Source: Patescibacteria group bacterium
Lineage (GTDB): Bacteria; Patescibacteriota; Gracilibacteria; UBA4473
Direction: 5' to 3'
NCBI GenBank assembly: GCA_965660445.1
Contig: CBFIAK010000002.1
Location: 1 to 64,000, forward strand
Length of the DNA: 64,000 nucleotides
The notes under the pieces were generated by a model. That model worked only from the letters and a program-made list of their open reading frames with translations. It had not been told where the DNA came from and searched no databases. The position numbers were made by a program, and so were the translations under genes. Every line of letters starts with the position of its first letter. Within the stretch, counting starts at the first letter, position 1. Positions 45,393-54,692 of the stretch are shown piece after piece.

Positions 45393-46094
45393 ATGTTGCG
45401 ATTTGAATCAGTTTCGCTTTCATTTGATGAACATCCCGTTTTGTCTGATGTTTCTTTTGTTATTCAACCCGGAGAAAAAGTAGGTATTATTGGTGCGTCT
45501 GGAGCAGGGAAGTCTTCCTTATTTAAGCTCCTTATTGGAGAACTGCGGCCAACAACAGGATCAATTTATGTTGATGATATATCCTTGGGAGATTTATCTC
45601 TTTCTGGTATTCAAGAATATCGTCGTCATATCGGGGTGGTATTTCAGGATTTTCGTTTGTTACCTCAAAAGACAGTTTTTGAAAACTTATCGTTTGCGCT
45701 TGAGGTATGTGGTAAAGAAGATGATATACTTGAAAAAGCAGAAACACTTCTTTCGACCGTTGGTCTTTTAGATGCCTACAATCAGTTTCCCAACTCTCTT
45801 TCGGGAGGAGAACGCCAGAGACTTGCTATCGCTCGCGCGTTAATTCATGATCCACGAATTCTTATTGCCGATGAACCAACAGGAAATCTTGATCCTCAAA
45901 ATGCAAAAGATATTGCGTATTTGTTCCGAAACCTTCATGAAGAAAAAGGATTAACCTGTATTTGTGCAACACATGATCCTCAATTTATTGATATATTAAG
46001 ACCCCGTATTATACGAGTTGCAAACGGTACCATTCTTGCTGATGAACCGTATAACACAACTATTGAGGCCTTTGGCGACCTATTGCGTTTGTGA
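45393..46094 (+). CDS. ftsE: Cell division ABC ATPase FtsE-like
   Basis: GASGAGKSS, IGVVFQDFRLLPQKTVFEN, LSGGERQR, ADEPTGNLDP, ATHD. Confidence 0.85.
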   Translation: MLRFESVSLSFDEHPVLSDVSFVIQPGEKVGIIGASGAGKSSLFKLLIGELRPTTGSIYVDDISLGDLSLSGIQEYRRHIGVVFQDFRLLPQKTVFENLSFALEVCGKEDDILEKAETLLSTVGLLDAYNQFPNSLSGGERQRLAIARALIHDPRILIADEPTGNLDPQNAKDIAYLFRNLHEEKGLTCICATHDPQFIDILRPRIIRVANGTILADEPYNTTIEAFGDLLRL

Positions 46095-48323
46095 GTCGCT
46101 AATAGATTGGTTTATAAACTCAAGTCCTTCCGTAATACTATAGTTTTGATTACTTTGTTTTTGTGCACGATTGAGGAGTATGGTTATATCGGATAGTTGT
46201 TCTGATTCTTTGTTGAATAAAAAATGTATTCTTGATTCTCGGTGTATTACGTCTTGAATTTTAAATTGTGTGTATTCCCAGTTTGTAATTTCTATATGAG
46301 ATTTATTGATTCGGAGTCCATATGCGTTAAAAAGTTGAATAATGTTATTTTTTACCTGTAGTGCTTGTTGAGTTTCTTGAGGAATTCGAATGTTTATTGA
46401 ACTTGGTTCTGTTGACGAAGTATTCGTTTGATTATTCCAAAATTTCTCGAGTATAAGTGGTTGAATAGTTTGTGCTCCACGAATATGAATGAGCGTGTTG
46501 TCTTCTTTTATATTCGTAAACACTTGAGATTTATAATAAAACTGACCAGAAAGAGAAATTGTTCCTTTTTTGGCTTGTGAAAACTCAACTGATGGGTTTG
46601 CTCCATCGATTTCTTTTATTTGCATAGTATTTGTTTCCCATCCGTTTTTTTCTAAAAATGTAAAGAGATCATCAGTATTATTTATCCCTCCTATGTGCTT
46701 TGGAACAGTTTCTATTTGAGGAATGATCCGCTCACCTCCTATTGTATAATTTTTTTGTTCTTCTTCTTGTTCTTTTATTCTTTGTATTGATTCTGTATTT
46801 ATGTTTCCGTCTCCAATTTTTTTAATAATTTGGATTATATCTCGTTCGGTTTGCGTAAAAATTGTAATTTTTAAATCAGCCTCAATAGAATCAATATTGA
46901 GTATTCTATATGACTGCATCAGCGTACTTAATGGAATGGTATGCATACGCGCGGCAATAGATTTTTCAATAAAAACCATGATGTCTTTTCCATTTTCAAG
47001 AATGAGTTCTTGTCTTTTTTCAAGATGATTTTCTGTGTCTAATTCTGTTTCAATAAGTATTTTATGAGTTTCAAATGTATCTTCGTTTTGTAATTGTGTA
47101 TGGAGTTGAAGGTTTTCACTGAGCAGTCTTCGAATCCGTGTGTATGTTTGAGTTGGAATGGTTTTCTTGAGTTGTGGGTTTGTTTCAATCATTTTTTTTA
47201 TATTGATGATTGATTCTTTTGCTTCATTCCATTGTTTTTCAAAAATAAATACTTCTGCGGTGTTCCAGAGTGTCGATATATTTTCATCGCTATAAAAAAA
47301 CATATACAGTTCGTTTGAAGGATTTAAACTAGCACGCCAAAACTTATAGATATGTTGATACGTTTCCCACATATCCTTGTATTTGGGTAGATTATTCAGT
47401 GCATCTTTGAGTATAAGTTGGTTCTCTGTTGATTCAAACATTGATTTTTGTGTTTGTGCTGTTTCGAAATCTCCTTCTTGTAAGGCATTCAAGAATACAA
47501 AAAATGGTTTTATTGATTTGAAAAATGCATCTTCATTTTTTTCTGATTGAGAGAGTCCTACCGCATTTTTTTGAAGTGATTGAATTGATTCAATGTTTTG
47601 TGAAATTGTTTGATAAAAAATTCCTTCTTTTGATTGTTGTATGAACTCGGATACGAGGTTTCTTCGTTCTTGTATCCTTTTTTGAGTAGGTTGTGCAAGT
47701 GCTAAAAGTTCTGGTTCTGTTGTATTAGGACGCAGTCTTAATAACTTTTTTAGTTTTGAATAAAACAAAATACCCGTTCTCTCAGAAATAAACCGTTCAT
47801 TTATGAGTACATTCATGCCCGAAGGAACAATAAATGGTTCTTGTATACCATCAAATAAAAGCTCAATTGATTGTCCTTCATTGACAATAGAAATGCTGTG
47901 TTCTTGTTTTTGAATGACCAGCGTGCTTTTTGGGTTTCGTATTCGTATTTTTCCGACGAATATCTCGTTTTTTCCAATTGATGATTGTGACTGTAAAAAT
48001 GGGAATGTATGGATGCTTTTTTCGGGGTTTGAAAAATATGTACTCCATATAAGTGTTCCGTTGTTGAGCATTCTTTCGTTTTGGTTCCAGTCAGTATTAT
48101 TGTCGAGTTTCTCAAATAATTCTCCATTCGTATCCCATATTTCAGCAGGAAAACTTCCGCCATTTTCTTCAAATGTTTTCCATGTATCTCTTTCTGATTG
48201 TGTAAGAGACCAGATTTTGACTGTATTCAAATTTATCGGCTTTTTGTCTTGCACTATAAAGAGGATGCTATAGAGGCATCCCACAATACAGGCAAGAATT
48301 TGAAGTGTTTTTGTTTTCATCAA
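46080..48323 (-). CDS. Large hypothetical membrane-anchored protein
   Basis: 747 aa, N-terminal TM; promoter TTGAAT-N17-TATAAT upstream. Confidence 0.7.
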   Translation of the reverse strand: MMKTKTLQILACIVGCLYSILFIVQDKKPINLNTVKIWSLTQSERDTWKTFEENGGSFPAEIWDTNGELFEKLDNNTDWNQNERMLNNGTLIWSTYFSNPEKSIHTFPFLQSQSSIGKNEIFVGKIRIRNPKSTLVIQKQEHSISIVNEGQSIELLFDGIQEPFIVPSGMNVLINERFISERTGILFYSKLKKLLRLRPNTTEPELLALAQPTQKRIQERRNLVSEFIQQSKEGIFYQTISQNIESIQSLQKNAVGLSQSEKNEDAFFKSIKPFFVFLNALQEGDFETAQTQKSMFESTENQLILKDALNNLPKYKDMWETYQHIYKFWRASLNPSNELYMFFYSDENISTLWNTAEVFIFEKQWNEAKESIINIKKMIETNPQLKKTIPTQTYTRIRRLLSENLQLHTQLQNEDTFETHKILIETELDTENHLEKRQELILENGKDIMVFIEKSIAARMHTIPLSTLMQSYRILNIDSIEADLKITIFTQTERDIIQIIKKIGDGNINTESIQRIKEQEEEQKNYTIGGERIIPQIETVPKHIGGINNTDDLFTFLEKNGWETNTMQIKEIDGANPSVEFSQAKKGTISLSGQFYYKSQVFTNIKEDNTLIHIRGAQTIQPLILEKFWNNQTNTSSTEPSSINIRIPQETQQALQVKNNIIQLFNAYGLRINKSHIEITNWEYTQFKIQDVIHRESRIHFLFNKESEQLSDITILLNRAQKQSNQNYSITEGLEFINQSISDSQTQ

Positions 48324-48456
48324 AAAGACGTATGAAATCCCACCATTATACCATATATCTATTCTTTATTCAAACAAAACAATCTTTTTTTGTGTATCAA
48401 GATCGATTTGTTTTTTTTAAGTTTCATTTATTTCTTTTTTATGATATAATAGGAGG

Positions 48457-49596
48457 ATGTCTGAATTCATTCAATTCCTTACCTCATCTTCATTCTTGCT
48501 TTATGCAAGTATGAGTTTAGTGCCAATACTCGGATGGATTTATTTCGCCCAACGGCTTCATCATGAACGTCGATGGTATGTTTTTATAACATTTCTTGCG
48601 GGAATGCTTTCTGTGCTCCCGATTAAACTCTATGAGCGATATTTTCATTTTGGAGTACTGTATCTTGAACATACGAACCTATTTACGTATTTAGGGGATC
48701 TTTTCTTTAGTCCTTCTCTTCCAACACTTTTAGCATATGTTTTCGTAAACGGAGTTGTAGCACTTGCTCTGTTTTTTTTCTCAGCGTTCCTTCTTTTTCT
48801 TCTTGAGATTCTTACAGGAGATAATACAATTCGAGTTTTTCAGAACAAGTTTCAGAAAATACTAGAAATGCCTTTTATTTTTCTGTTTATTGGTTTTTTC
48901 ATTGGTTTGTGTTCATACTTCTTTTCTTCTTTTACGGGAAATGTATCTTGGTTTGGATATGAAGTATCTCAAACAGTCTCTTTCTTTCTCGTCGTTGGGA
49001 TGCTTGAAGAATATATTAAACACCTTATGCTTCGGTTTTCAGATGAAGAAAAAATAGAAACCGTTGATGATGCTGTTTCGTTTTCTATTATCATTGCTCT
49101 TGGGTTTGCGTTTGTGGAAAACATTATGTATCTGAATAATTTTTCTTACAGCTATAACTCTCTTGCTTCATTTTTAGTACTTTTCTTTTTAAGAGCCGTT
49201 ATTCCAGTAGCCGCTCATATATCTTTTTCTGCTATTGTTGGATACTTTTATGGTATTGCTTTATTCGCAAATGATATTGTGCGTGATGAAGTGTTTCGTG
49301 CACAACACAAAGTACTCGTAAAAGTTCATAAAATCGTTCATTTAAAAACATCAACATTATTTCATGAAGAAAAAATATTTGAAGGTCTTTTTATTGCCAT
49401 GATTGTCCATACTATTTTCAATTTATTACTTCAATTTACGACTATTTGGGTTGTTCTTCCGTTTTTAGTGATTTGTATGCTTTTTACTATTTCATTTTTT
49501 GATTCTCTTCATTTTTATAGAAAACATAAGTACCTAAAAGAAGATACATCAATGCCAATACTACTCGATAAAGATCCTGTACTTTTAGATCGTTAG
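48457..49596 (+). CDS. prsW: PrsW-family intramembrane metalloprotease
   Basis: GMLEEYIK, ALGFAFVENIMY, AAHISFSAIVGY, HTIFN; multiple TM. Confidence 0.9.
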   Translation: MSEFIQFLTSSSFLLYASMSLVPILGWIYFAQRLHHERRWYVFITFLAGMLSVLPIKLYERYFHFGVLYLEHTNLFTYLGDLFFSPSLPTLLAYVFVNGVVALALFFFSAFLLFLLEILTGDNTIRVFQNKFQKILEMPFIFLFIGFFIGLCSYFFSSFTGNVSWFGYEVSQTVSFFLVVGMLEEYIKHLMLRFSDEEKIETVDDAVSFSIIIALGFAFVENIMYLNNFSYSYNSLASFLVLFFLRAVIPVAAHISFSAIVGYFYGIALFANDIVRDEVFRAQHKVLVKVHKIVHLKTSTLFHEEKIFEGLFIAMIVHTIFNLLLQFTTIWVVLPFLVICMLFTISFFDSLHFYRKHKYLKEDTSMPILLDKDPVLLDR

Positions 49597-50543
49597 TGAC
49601 TTATATGTTTTATACGGTGGAGAATGTGATTATGGGGATGGTTATGGTGATGTAATTGTGTAAGAATAAGCCCTGTAAAAATGCATAAACCTCCCCATAT
49701 ATGATGCGAAAAAAGCATTTCTCCTAAAATAACAACAGCAAAAAAAACACCAAAGAGGGGATTGAGTAGATACATAAGTGATGCTTGTGTTGCTGAAAGT
49801 ATTTCGAGTGATTTATACCAGAGAATCTGAGCGCCCATTATTACTAGTAGTGCATAGAGGATGAGTGGTAATAAGACGGTTTCTTGAGTGAGTGCTTGAA
49901 AATTATGATTATGACTTGAAAAGAATGGGAAAAGTGTTGATAAAAAAATCGCACCTGTTGTGTTTCTGAGTAATACCACTATTTGTGGTTGAATATCGGA
50001 TAAAAATCGTTTAAAAAGAGTATTACTCACAGCCGTTAGAAAACAAGCCATAGTTATAAAAATATATCCAATATTAACATCAAGTGTATTGATAGATCCT
50101 TTCATCGCAATAATTGCTAGTCCTATAAGTAAACAAGTGAACCCTCCGATTTGTTGTGCACTTATACGTTCATTTAAAAATAAAACACCTAATACTCCTA
50201 AGAATATAGGACTCATGCCTCCGAGTAATACCGCTTCATTGGCTTGTATGTGTTGCAGTCCTGAAAATGACAAAAAAGGAATAATGACCCCTGATAAAAT
50301 AGAAACAAGGAGAATCCATATTTTTTGTTTGTGGGGAATATGAAAAATTGTTTTTATTTCGGGTACTACTCCAAAAAATAAAAGCAATACCAGAAGTGAT
50401 AATGATTGTCCAAGAAGTATAAGTGTGTGTGGAGGAAAATGTTCTAACAGCATTTTCCCAAAAATAGAATAGAGTGAGAAAAATATCATAGCGGTTACTC
50501 CACTTCCTGTAGCAAAAAAGGTTCGTAATGATTGATTATTCAT
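49593..50543 (-). CDS. DMT/EamA family transporter
   Basis: About 10 TM in two EamA-like halves (FLNERIS; LNPLFGVFFAVVILGE); His-rich C-tail. Confidence 0.88.
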   Translation of the reverse strand: MNNQSLRTFFATGSGVTAMIFFSLYSIFGKMLLEHFPPHTLILLGQSLSLLVLLLFFGVVPEIKTIFHIPHKQKIWILLVSILSGVIIPFLSFSGLQHIQANEAVLLGGMSPIFLGVLGVLFLNERISAQQIGGFTCLLIGLAIIAMKGSINTLDVNIGYIFITMACFLTAVSNTLFKRFLSDIQPQIVVLLRNTTGAIFLSTLFPFFSSHNHNFQALTQETVLLPLILYALLVIMGAQILWYKSLEILSATQASLMYLLNPLFGVFFAVVILGEMLFSHHIWGGLCIFTGLILTQLHHHNHPHNHILHRIKHISH

Positions 50544-50555
50544 AGTTGTGCTCGT

Positions 50556-51008
50556 TTAAAACTCAGTATCGATAAAAACTTGATCACCTATTTTTCCTTG
50601 AAATGTATGAGCGTTTACTTCAAATACAAATCGAGCTTTCTCTTTTGGGTATGCATTTTCGCATTGTTTCTCACAGGGTGAATGTGTTTGTATATCAACA
50701 ATCTGATGGTCTTTATTGATCCAAATAATATCCAGTGGAATAAGTGTATTTTTCATCCAGAATGTATAGTAATCTTCTGTATCAAATACAAAAAGCATAC
50801 CATGATTTGGGTCAAGGAATTCTCGGTTCATAAGTCCTTTCATTTTTTCTTCGGGGGTTTGAGCGATTTCAGCAGTCCATGTTTGTGAACCGATACGAAC
50901 AGAAGTTGTTTGCATTGATGTACGAGATAAAAAGAACGCAGAAATAAAGCTTCCTACGCAGAGAAGAAAGAAGAGTAATCCAATATATGTTTTTGCTTTT
51001 GTTCCCAC
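50556..51008 (-). CDS. DUF192 family protein
   Basis: AEIAQTPEEKMKGLMNR, GMLFVF, FWMKNTLIPLDIIWI, VFEVNA. Confidence 0.92.
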   Translation of the reverse strand: MGTKAKTYIGLLFFLLCVGSFISAFFLSRTSMQTTSVRIGSQTWTAEIAQTPEEKMKGLMNREFLDPNHGMLFVFDTEDYYTFWMKNTLIPLDIIWINKDHQIVDIQTHSPCEKQCENAYPKEKARFVFEVNAHTFQGKIGDQVFIDTEF

Positions 51009-51092
51009 GTTTCTGAGTATACGATTTTTTTATTTTTATAACAATACTTTGTAAAACTTGTTTATTTTTGGTATTCTACCAAACGATTTTTC

Positions 51093-51692
51093 ATGGTTAA
51101 ACGTGTTCGAGCTCATGTTAATCCACTTTCTGTCTTAAAAGAATATGATTTTGAGGGATTTTCGAATAGGTATCCAATAGTCATTGATATTGGTTCCTTT
51201 AAGGGTGAGTTTGTAGAATCACTCGCATTACAACATCCTCGTAAAAACTATATTGCTTTTGAAATACGAGTGCCGATTGCGCAGTTTTTAAAACAAAAAT
51301 TTAAATCGTTCGATAATGTTGTTGTTTTTGATGGCGATGCAGGAAGAAACCTAAAATCGATTCTTCTTTCATCATTAGAAAAGAATATTCCTATTGAAAC
51401 TATTTATATCAATTTTCCAGATCCTTGGTTTAAAGAAAAACATAAGAAACGACGATTTATAACTTCATCGTCGTTAGCGTATTTTTCGACTTTTATCCCA
51501 AAAGAAACCGTGTTTGTGTTTCAAACCGATCAACAATTCCTTTTTGAAGAAACGAAAGAGATCATTACTCATTCTGTCTATAACCATATTGAATATTTTG
51601 ATGACTCTCCTTTTGGAGTTCGGACTGATTGGGAGCAATCAAAAATAGAACAAGGATTTCCTATTTATCGATTAAAGTTTTGGCGTGATTAA
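51093..51692 (+). CDS. trmB: tRNA (guanine-N7)-methyltransferase
   Basis: RVRAHVNPL, DIGSFKGEF, INFPDPWFKEKHKKRR, QTD, RTDWE. Confidence 0.93.
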   Translation: MVKRVRAHVNPLSVLKEYDFEGFSNRYPIVIDIGSFKGEFVESLALQHPRKNYIAFEIRVPIAQFLKQKFKSFDNVVVFDGDAGRNLKSILLSSLEKNIPIETIYINFPDPWFKEKHKKRRFITSSSLAYFSTFIPKETVFVFQTDQQFLFEETKEIITHSVYNHIEYFDDSPFGVRTDWEQSKIEQGFPIYRLKFWRD

Positions 51693-52143
51693 CAGAAAAA
51701 GAAAACAAGAACTGTCGAGAAAATCGACCATTGTTGTATTTTTGACAACACGCTTTGCACGCAATCATTCTTTTTTTATGAGCTTTGTGTTTTATGGCGC
51801 ATTGTGGGCAAGTGATTGTGTATTTCGCAATTGATGTTTGAATGTCACCAGTGTGGTATCGCACTTTTCCGTTTCCACCTATGCGTATAAGGGTTTCTTT
51901 CCAGATACGGTTATGTTTGTTTTCATGTCCAGCAAGTACATGGGCAATTTCATGAAGAATGGTTTGAGTGACGACTTCTTCGTCATTGATTTCTGTTAAT
52001 GGGCGGGAGAGTGTTATCATTTTTTTTCCGTACCAGCAACATCCTAATCGGGTTTTTGCACGATCAAATCCAAACGTCCAGTCAGAAAGATTATGGATAG
52101 CGAGCAGTTTTTCTGCTTTTTGTTGAGCATCATCAAGGTTCAT
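51661..52143 (-). CDS. SprT-like zinc metalloprotease
   Basis: FDRAKTRLGCC, ITLSR, TILHEIAH, HNRIWK, C-terminal CxxC pairs. Confidence 0.88.
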   Translation of the reverse strand: MNLDDAQQKAEKLLAIHNLSDWTFGFDRAKTRLGCCWYGKKMITLSRPLTEINDEEVVTQTILHEIAHVLAGHENKHNRIWKETLIRIGGNGKVRYHTGDIQTSIAKYTITCPQCAIKHKAHKKRMIACKACCQKYNNGRFSRQFLFSFSVNHAKTLIDK

Positions 52144-52637
52144 GTAATTGATTGGGTATAGTGATATTTGTGGAGTATGAGTTGTGGGAAATCAATAACA
52201 AAATAAAATCCGTCATCCGCTAGAGCTCCAGGGTTTAAAAAAAGCGTACCTCCTTTTTTTTCAATTCTGATGCGATGAGTATGTCCATGAAAGATTATAT
52301 CGGGAGAACTTTTTTGTGTATGGGATATTGCATCAGACTCTTTATGTGCCGCAAGGAAAGAAACACCCTCAATATTTTTCTGAATATATGATTGACATTC
52401 AACATTGGGCAAAGCCTCTAATTGTTGAGCAATGGTATCATCAATATCCCAGTTTCCTCTCGTAATCCAAATAGTTATCCGTTGGTATTTCTGACAAACA
52501 GCAAGAAAATCATCTGTAAAACAGTCGCCACAGTGAAGAAGCGTATCAATGCCTGCTTTTTCTATATTTTGCATCGCTTGTGAAAACCGATCAGTGCTAC
52601 TGTGAGAATCAGAAAGAACGACAATACGTTGGCTCAT
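52140..52637 (-). CDS. YfcE/MJ0936-family metallophosphoesterase
   Basis: VLSDSH, HCGD, RGNWD, FHGHTH, LNPGA. Confidence 0.9.
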   Translation of the reverse strand: MSQRIVVLSDSHSSTDRFSQAMQNIEKAGIDTLLHCGDCFTDDFLAVCQKYQRITIWITRGNWDIDDTIAQQLEALPNVECQSYIQKNIEGVSFLAAHKESDAISHTQKSSPDIIFHGHTHRIRIEKKGGTLFLNPGALADDGFYFVIDFPQLILHKYHYTQSIT

Positions 52638-52645
52638 ATAATGAA

Positions 52646-53713
52646 TTATGGTGTATAGGGGGAGAGTTTTGGACGTAATCGGCTTTTATAAACACTTAAA
52701 CCAGATGAAGTTCGTGCTCGTCGTTTTTTTTGTTCTTCAATGGGGAGTTTATTTATTTCCTGACACTCTTTTGTACAACAGTTTTCGAATTGTGCCTTAC
52801 ACGAAGAACACTGAATGAATAATAAATGACACGCATCATTTTTACAATTGGTGTGATCATCACAAGGCGTACCACATTGATGGCATTGACTAATAATATC
52901 ATCAGTAATGCGTTCTCCCATGCGTTCATCAAATACAAAGTTTTTTCCGATGTATTTTGACGGAATGCCTTCTTTTTTGCACTGATGAGCATAATAGATA
53001 ATTCCTCCATAGAGCTGATTCACATCCTGAAATCCTTGGTGTTTTAAGTATGCACTTGCTTTTTCACATCGAACTCCTCCAGTACAATACAAGAGCACCT
53101 TTTTATCTTTTTTGTCTTTAAGTGCTTCGATTACTAATGGAAGCTCTTCTCGAAATGTATCAGCATCAGGGCAGAGTGCGTTTTTAAAATGACCAATTTC
53201 ACTTTCGTAATGATTTCTCATATCCACTACTATTGTATCAGGATTTTCAAGAGCCTCGTTAAATTCTCGAGCGGTAAGATGGTTTCCTACATCTGAAGCA
53301 TTGAAAGTATCATCATTGAGTCCATCAGCAACAATTTTCTTTTTCACAATTACTCGTAGTTTATAAAATGATTCATAGTCTTCAACAGCAATTTTTAAAG
53401 GCATATTTTTGAGTTCATCTTTTTCTTGAAGGTATTGTGAAAAAGAATCCCAATGAGGTTCAGGAACATTTATTTGTGCATTTATACCTTCTTGGGCTAC
53501 GTAAACACGCCCCAATACACCGAGTGCATTCCAATCTTTATACAGTTGATTTCTGTATTCTTGAGGGTTTTCAATAGCTACATATCGATAAAAAGAGACG
53601 GTTCGTCTTGCAAACGATTCATTACGGATTTCTTCAAGGAGTTGCGCTTTGCTTTTGCGATTATGAAGAAAAACAGTTTTTGATTTAATCTTTTTCATGG
53701 GCAATATGTTCAA
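52646..53713 (-). CDS. trhO: Rhodanese-related tRNA U34 hydroxylase TrhO (YceA/UPF0176)
   Basis: VSFYRY, GRVYVAQEGINAQ, VVDMRNHYESEIGHF, YCTGGVRCEKAS, LYGGII, GKNFVFDER, Cys-rich tail. Confidence 0.93.
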   Translation of the reverse strand: MNILPMKKIKSKTVFLHNRKSKAQLLEEIRNESFARRTVSFYRYVAIENPQEYRNQLYKDWNALGVLGRVYVAQEGINAQINVPEPHWDSFSQYLQEKDELKNMPLKIAVEDYESFYKLRVIVKKKIVADGLNDDTFNASDVGNHLTAREFNEALENPDTIVVDMRNHYESEIGHFKNALCPDADTFREELPLVIEALKDKKDKKVLLYCTGGVRCEKASAYLKHQGFQDVNQLYGGIIYYAHQCKKEGIPSKYIGKNFVFDERMGERITDDIISQCHQCGTPCDDHTNCKNDACHLLFIQCSSCKAQFENCCTKECQEINKLPIEEQKKRRARTSSGLSVYKSRLRPKLSPYTP

Positions 53714-53758
53714 TACGCCCAGTATTTTAGTAATTCTATATTTTTTTTCTAGTTTTTT

Positions 53759-54598
53759 TTAGATTTCATTATCAATAGTGTTTTCTATTTGTTCTCCAAT
53801 TAAAATGAGTCTATTCTTGTTTGTTCCAATAGGCGTACAGGTCATGAGTGTGATGATTTTTACATCATCAGGTTGTTTGAGAACTTGTGTTGCAGTAGGG
53901 GGAACAACTTTCTTTGCTTTAATGAGATAGGTGTATTTTTTTCCGTTCCAATAAACTTCAACAATTTCGTTCGTATTCATTTCATGAAGCAGTGCAAAAA
54001 CATCTTTGAATCTTCCATTATCCCATGTGTAGTAAGATGAATGACCTGTGATAAATAAATTACCTTCTTTCTCAGGAGGCCGAGAGACTGGATGAACGAC
54101 TACCCCATCTTGAAGTCCTTTTTGAATATTTGTTTCCAGTTGATTCCAGTTTTTGTGATGTGGGACGGTAATGAGTGGAACATTTTTATCTAAACTCGGA
54201 ATATAAAGTCGGTTATCTGATGGATAAATATCCATGTCACGAAAAACTCTTTTCGCTTCGTTTTTTGGTTTGAGTGCCGTACTTGCAAATAAAGGTTTCC
54301 GAGTGTTTTGCTGTACAAGGGTTACTTCTTTGAGTTTTTCTACTTGTGGAGTAAATGAATTTTCTGCTTTTACTTCGGCAATTCCTTTATTTTGAATTGC
54401 ATCAATTTTAAATTCTGCAATTTGTGAATACGCACTATAGTTTAAAGCAATATGACTTCCACCCCAAAAACACAAAACCGATAAAACAAATAAAGACATC
54501 TCTTTCCACATTGGTTTTCGTTTTTGAAGTTGAAACCGAAACTGATTTCCAGAATTGTTATCTGTAGGAGATGTGTGCTTTATTTTTTTGTGATTCAT
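53759..54598 (-). CDS. Sortase
   Basis: N-terminal TM; LYIPSL, ITGHSS, FALLH, catalytic TLMTCTPIGTNKNRL. Confidence 0.92.
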   Translation of the reverse strand: MNHKKIKHTSPTDNNSGNQFRFQLQKRKPMWKEMSLFVLSVLCFWGGSHIALNYSAYSQIAEFKIDAIQNKGIAEVKAENSFTPQVEKLKEVTLVQQNTRKPLFASTALKPKNEAKRVFRDMDIYPSDNRLYIPSLDKNVPLITVPHHKNWNQLETNIQKGLQDGVVVHPVSRPPEKEGNLFITGHSSYYTWDNGRFKDVFALLHEMNTNEIVEVYWNGKKYTYLIKAKKVVPPTATQVLKQPDDVKIITLMTCTPIGTNKNRLILIGEQIENTIDNEI

Positions 54599-54692
54599 AT
54601 ATCTGTTAAAAAGAAATCAGGATATTATACCTGATTTTCTTATTTTTTTCAATGAAGATATATTGATTTATTGTTTTGATTGTAGTGAATTA

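Noticed and set aside
48451-48456. AGGAGG as Shine-Dalgarno of prsW
   Set aside because: Directly abuts the ATG (zero spacing) and follows TATAAT; better read as the -10 to +1 spacer of a leaderless transcript
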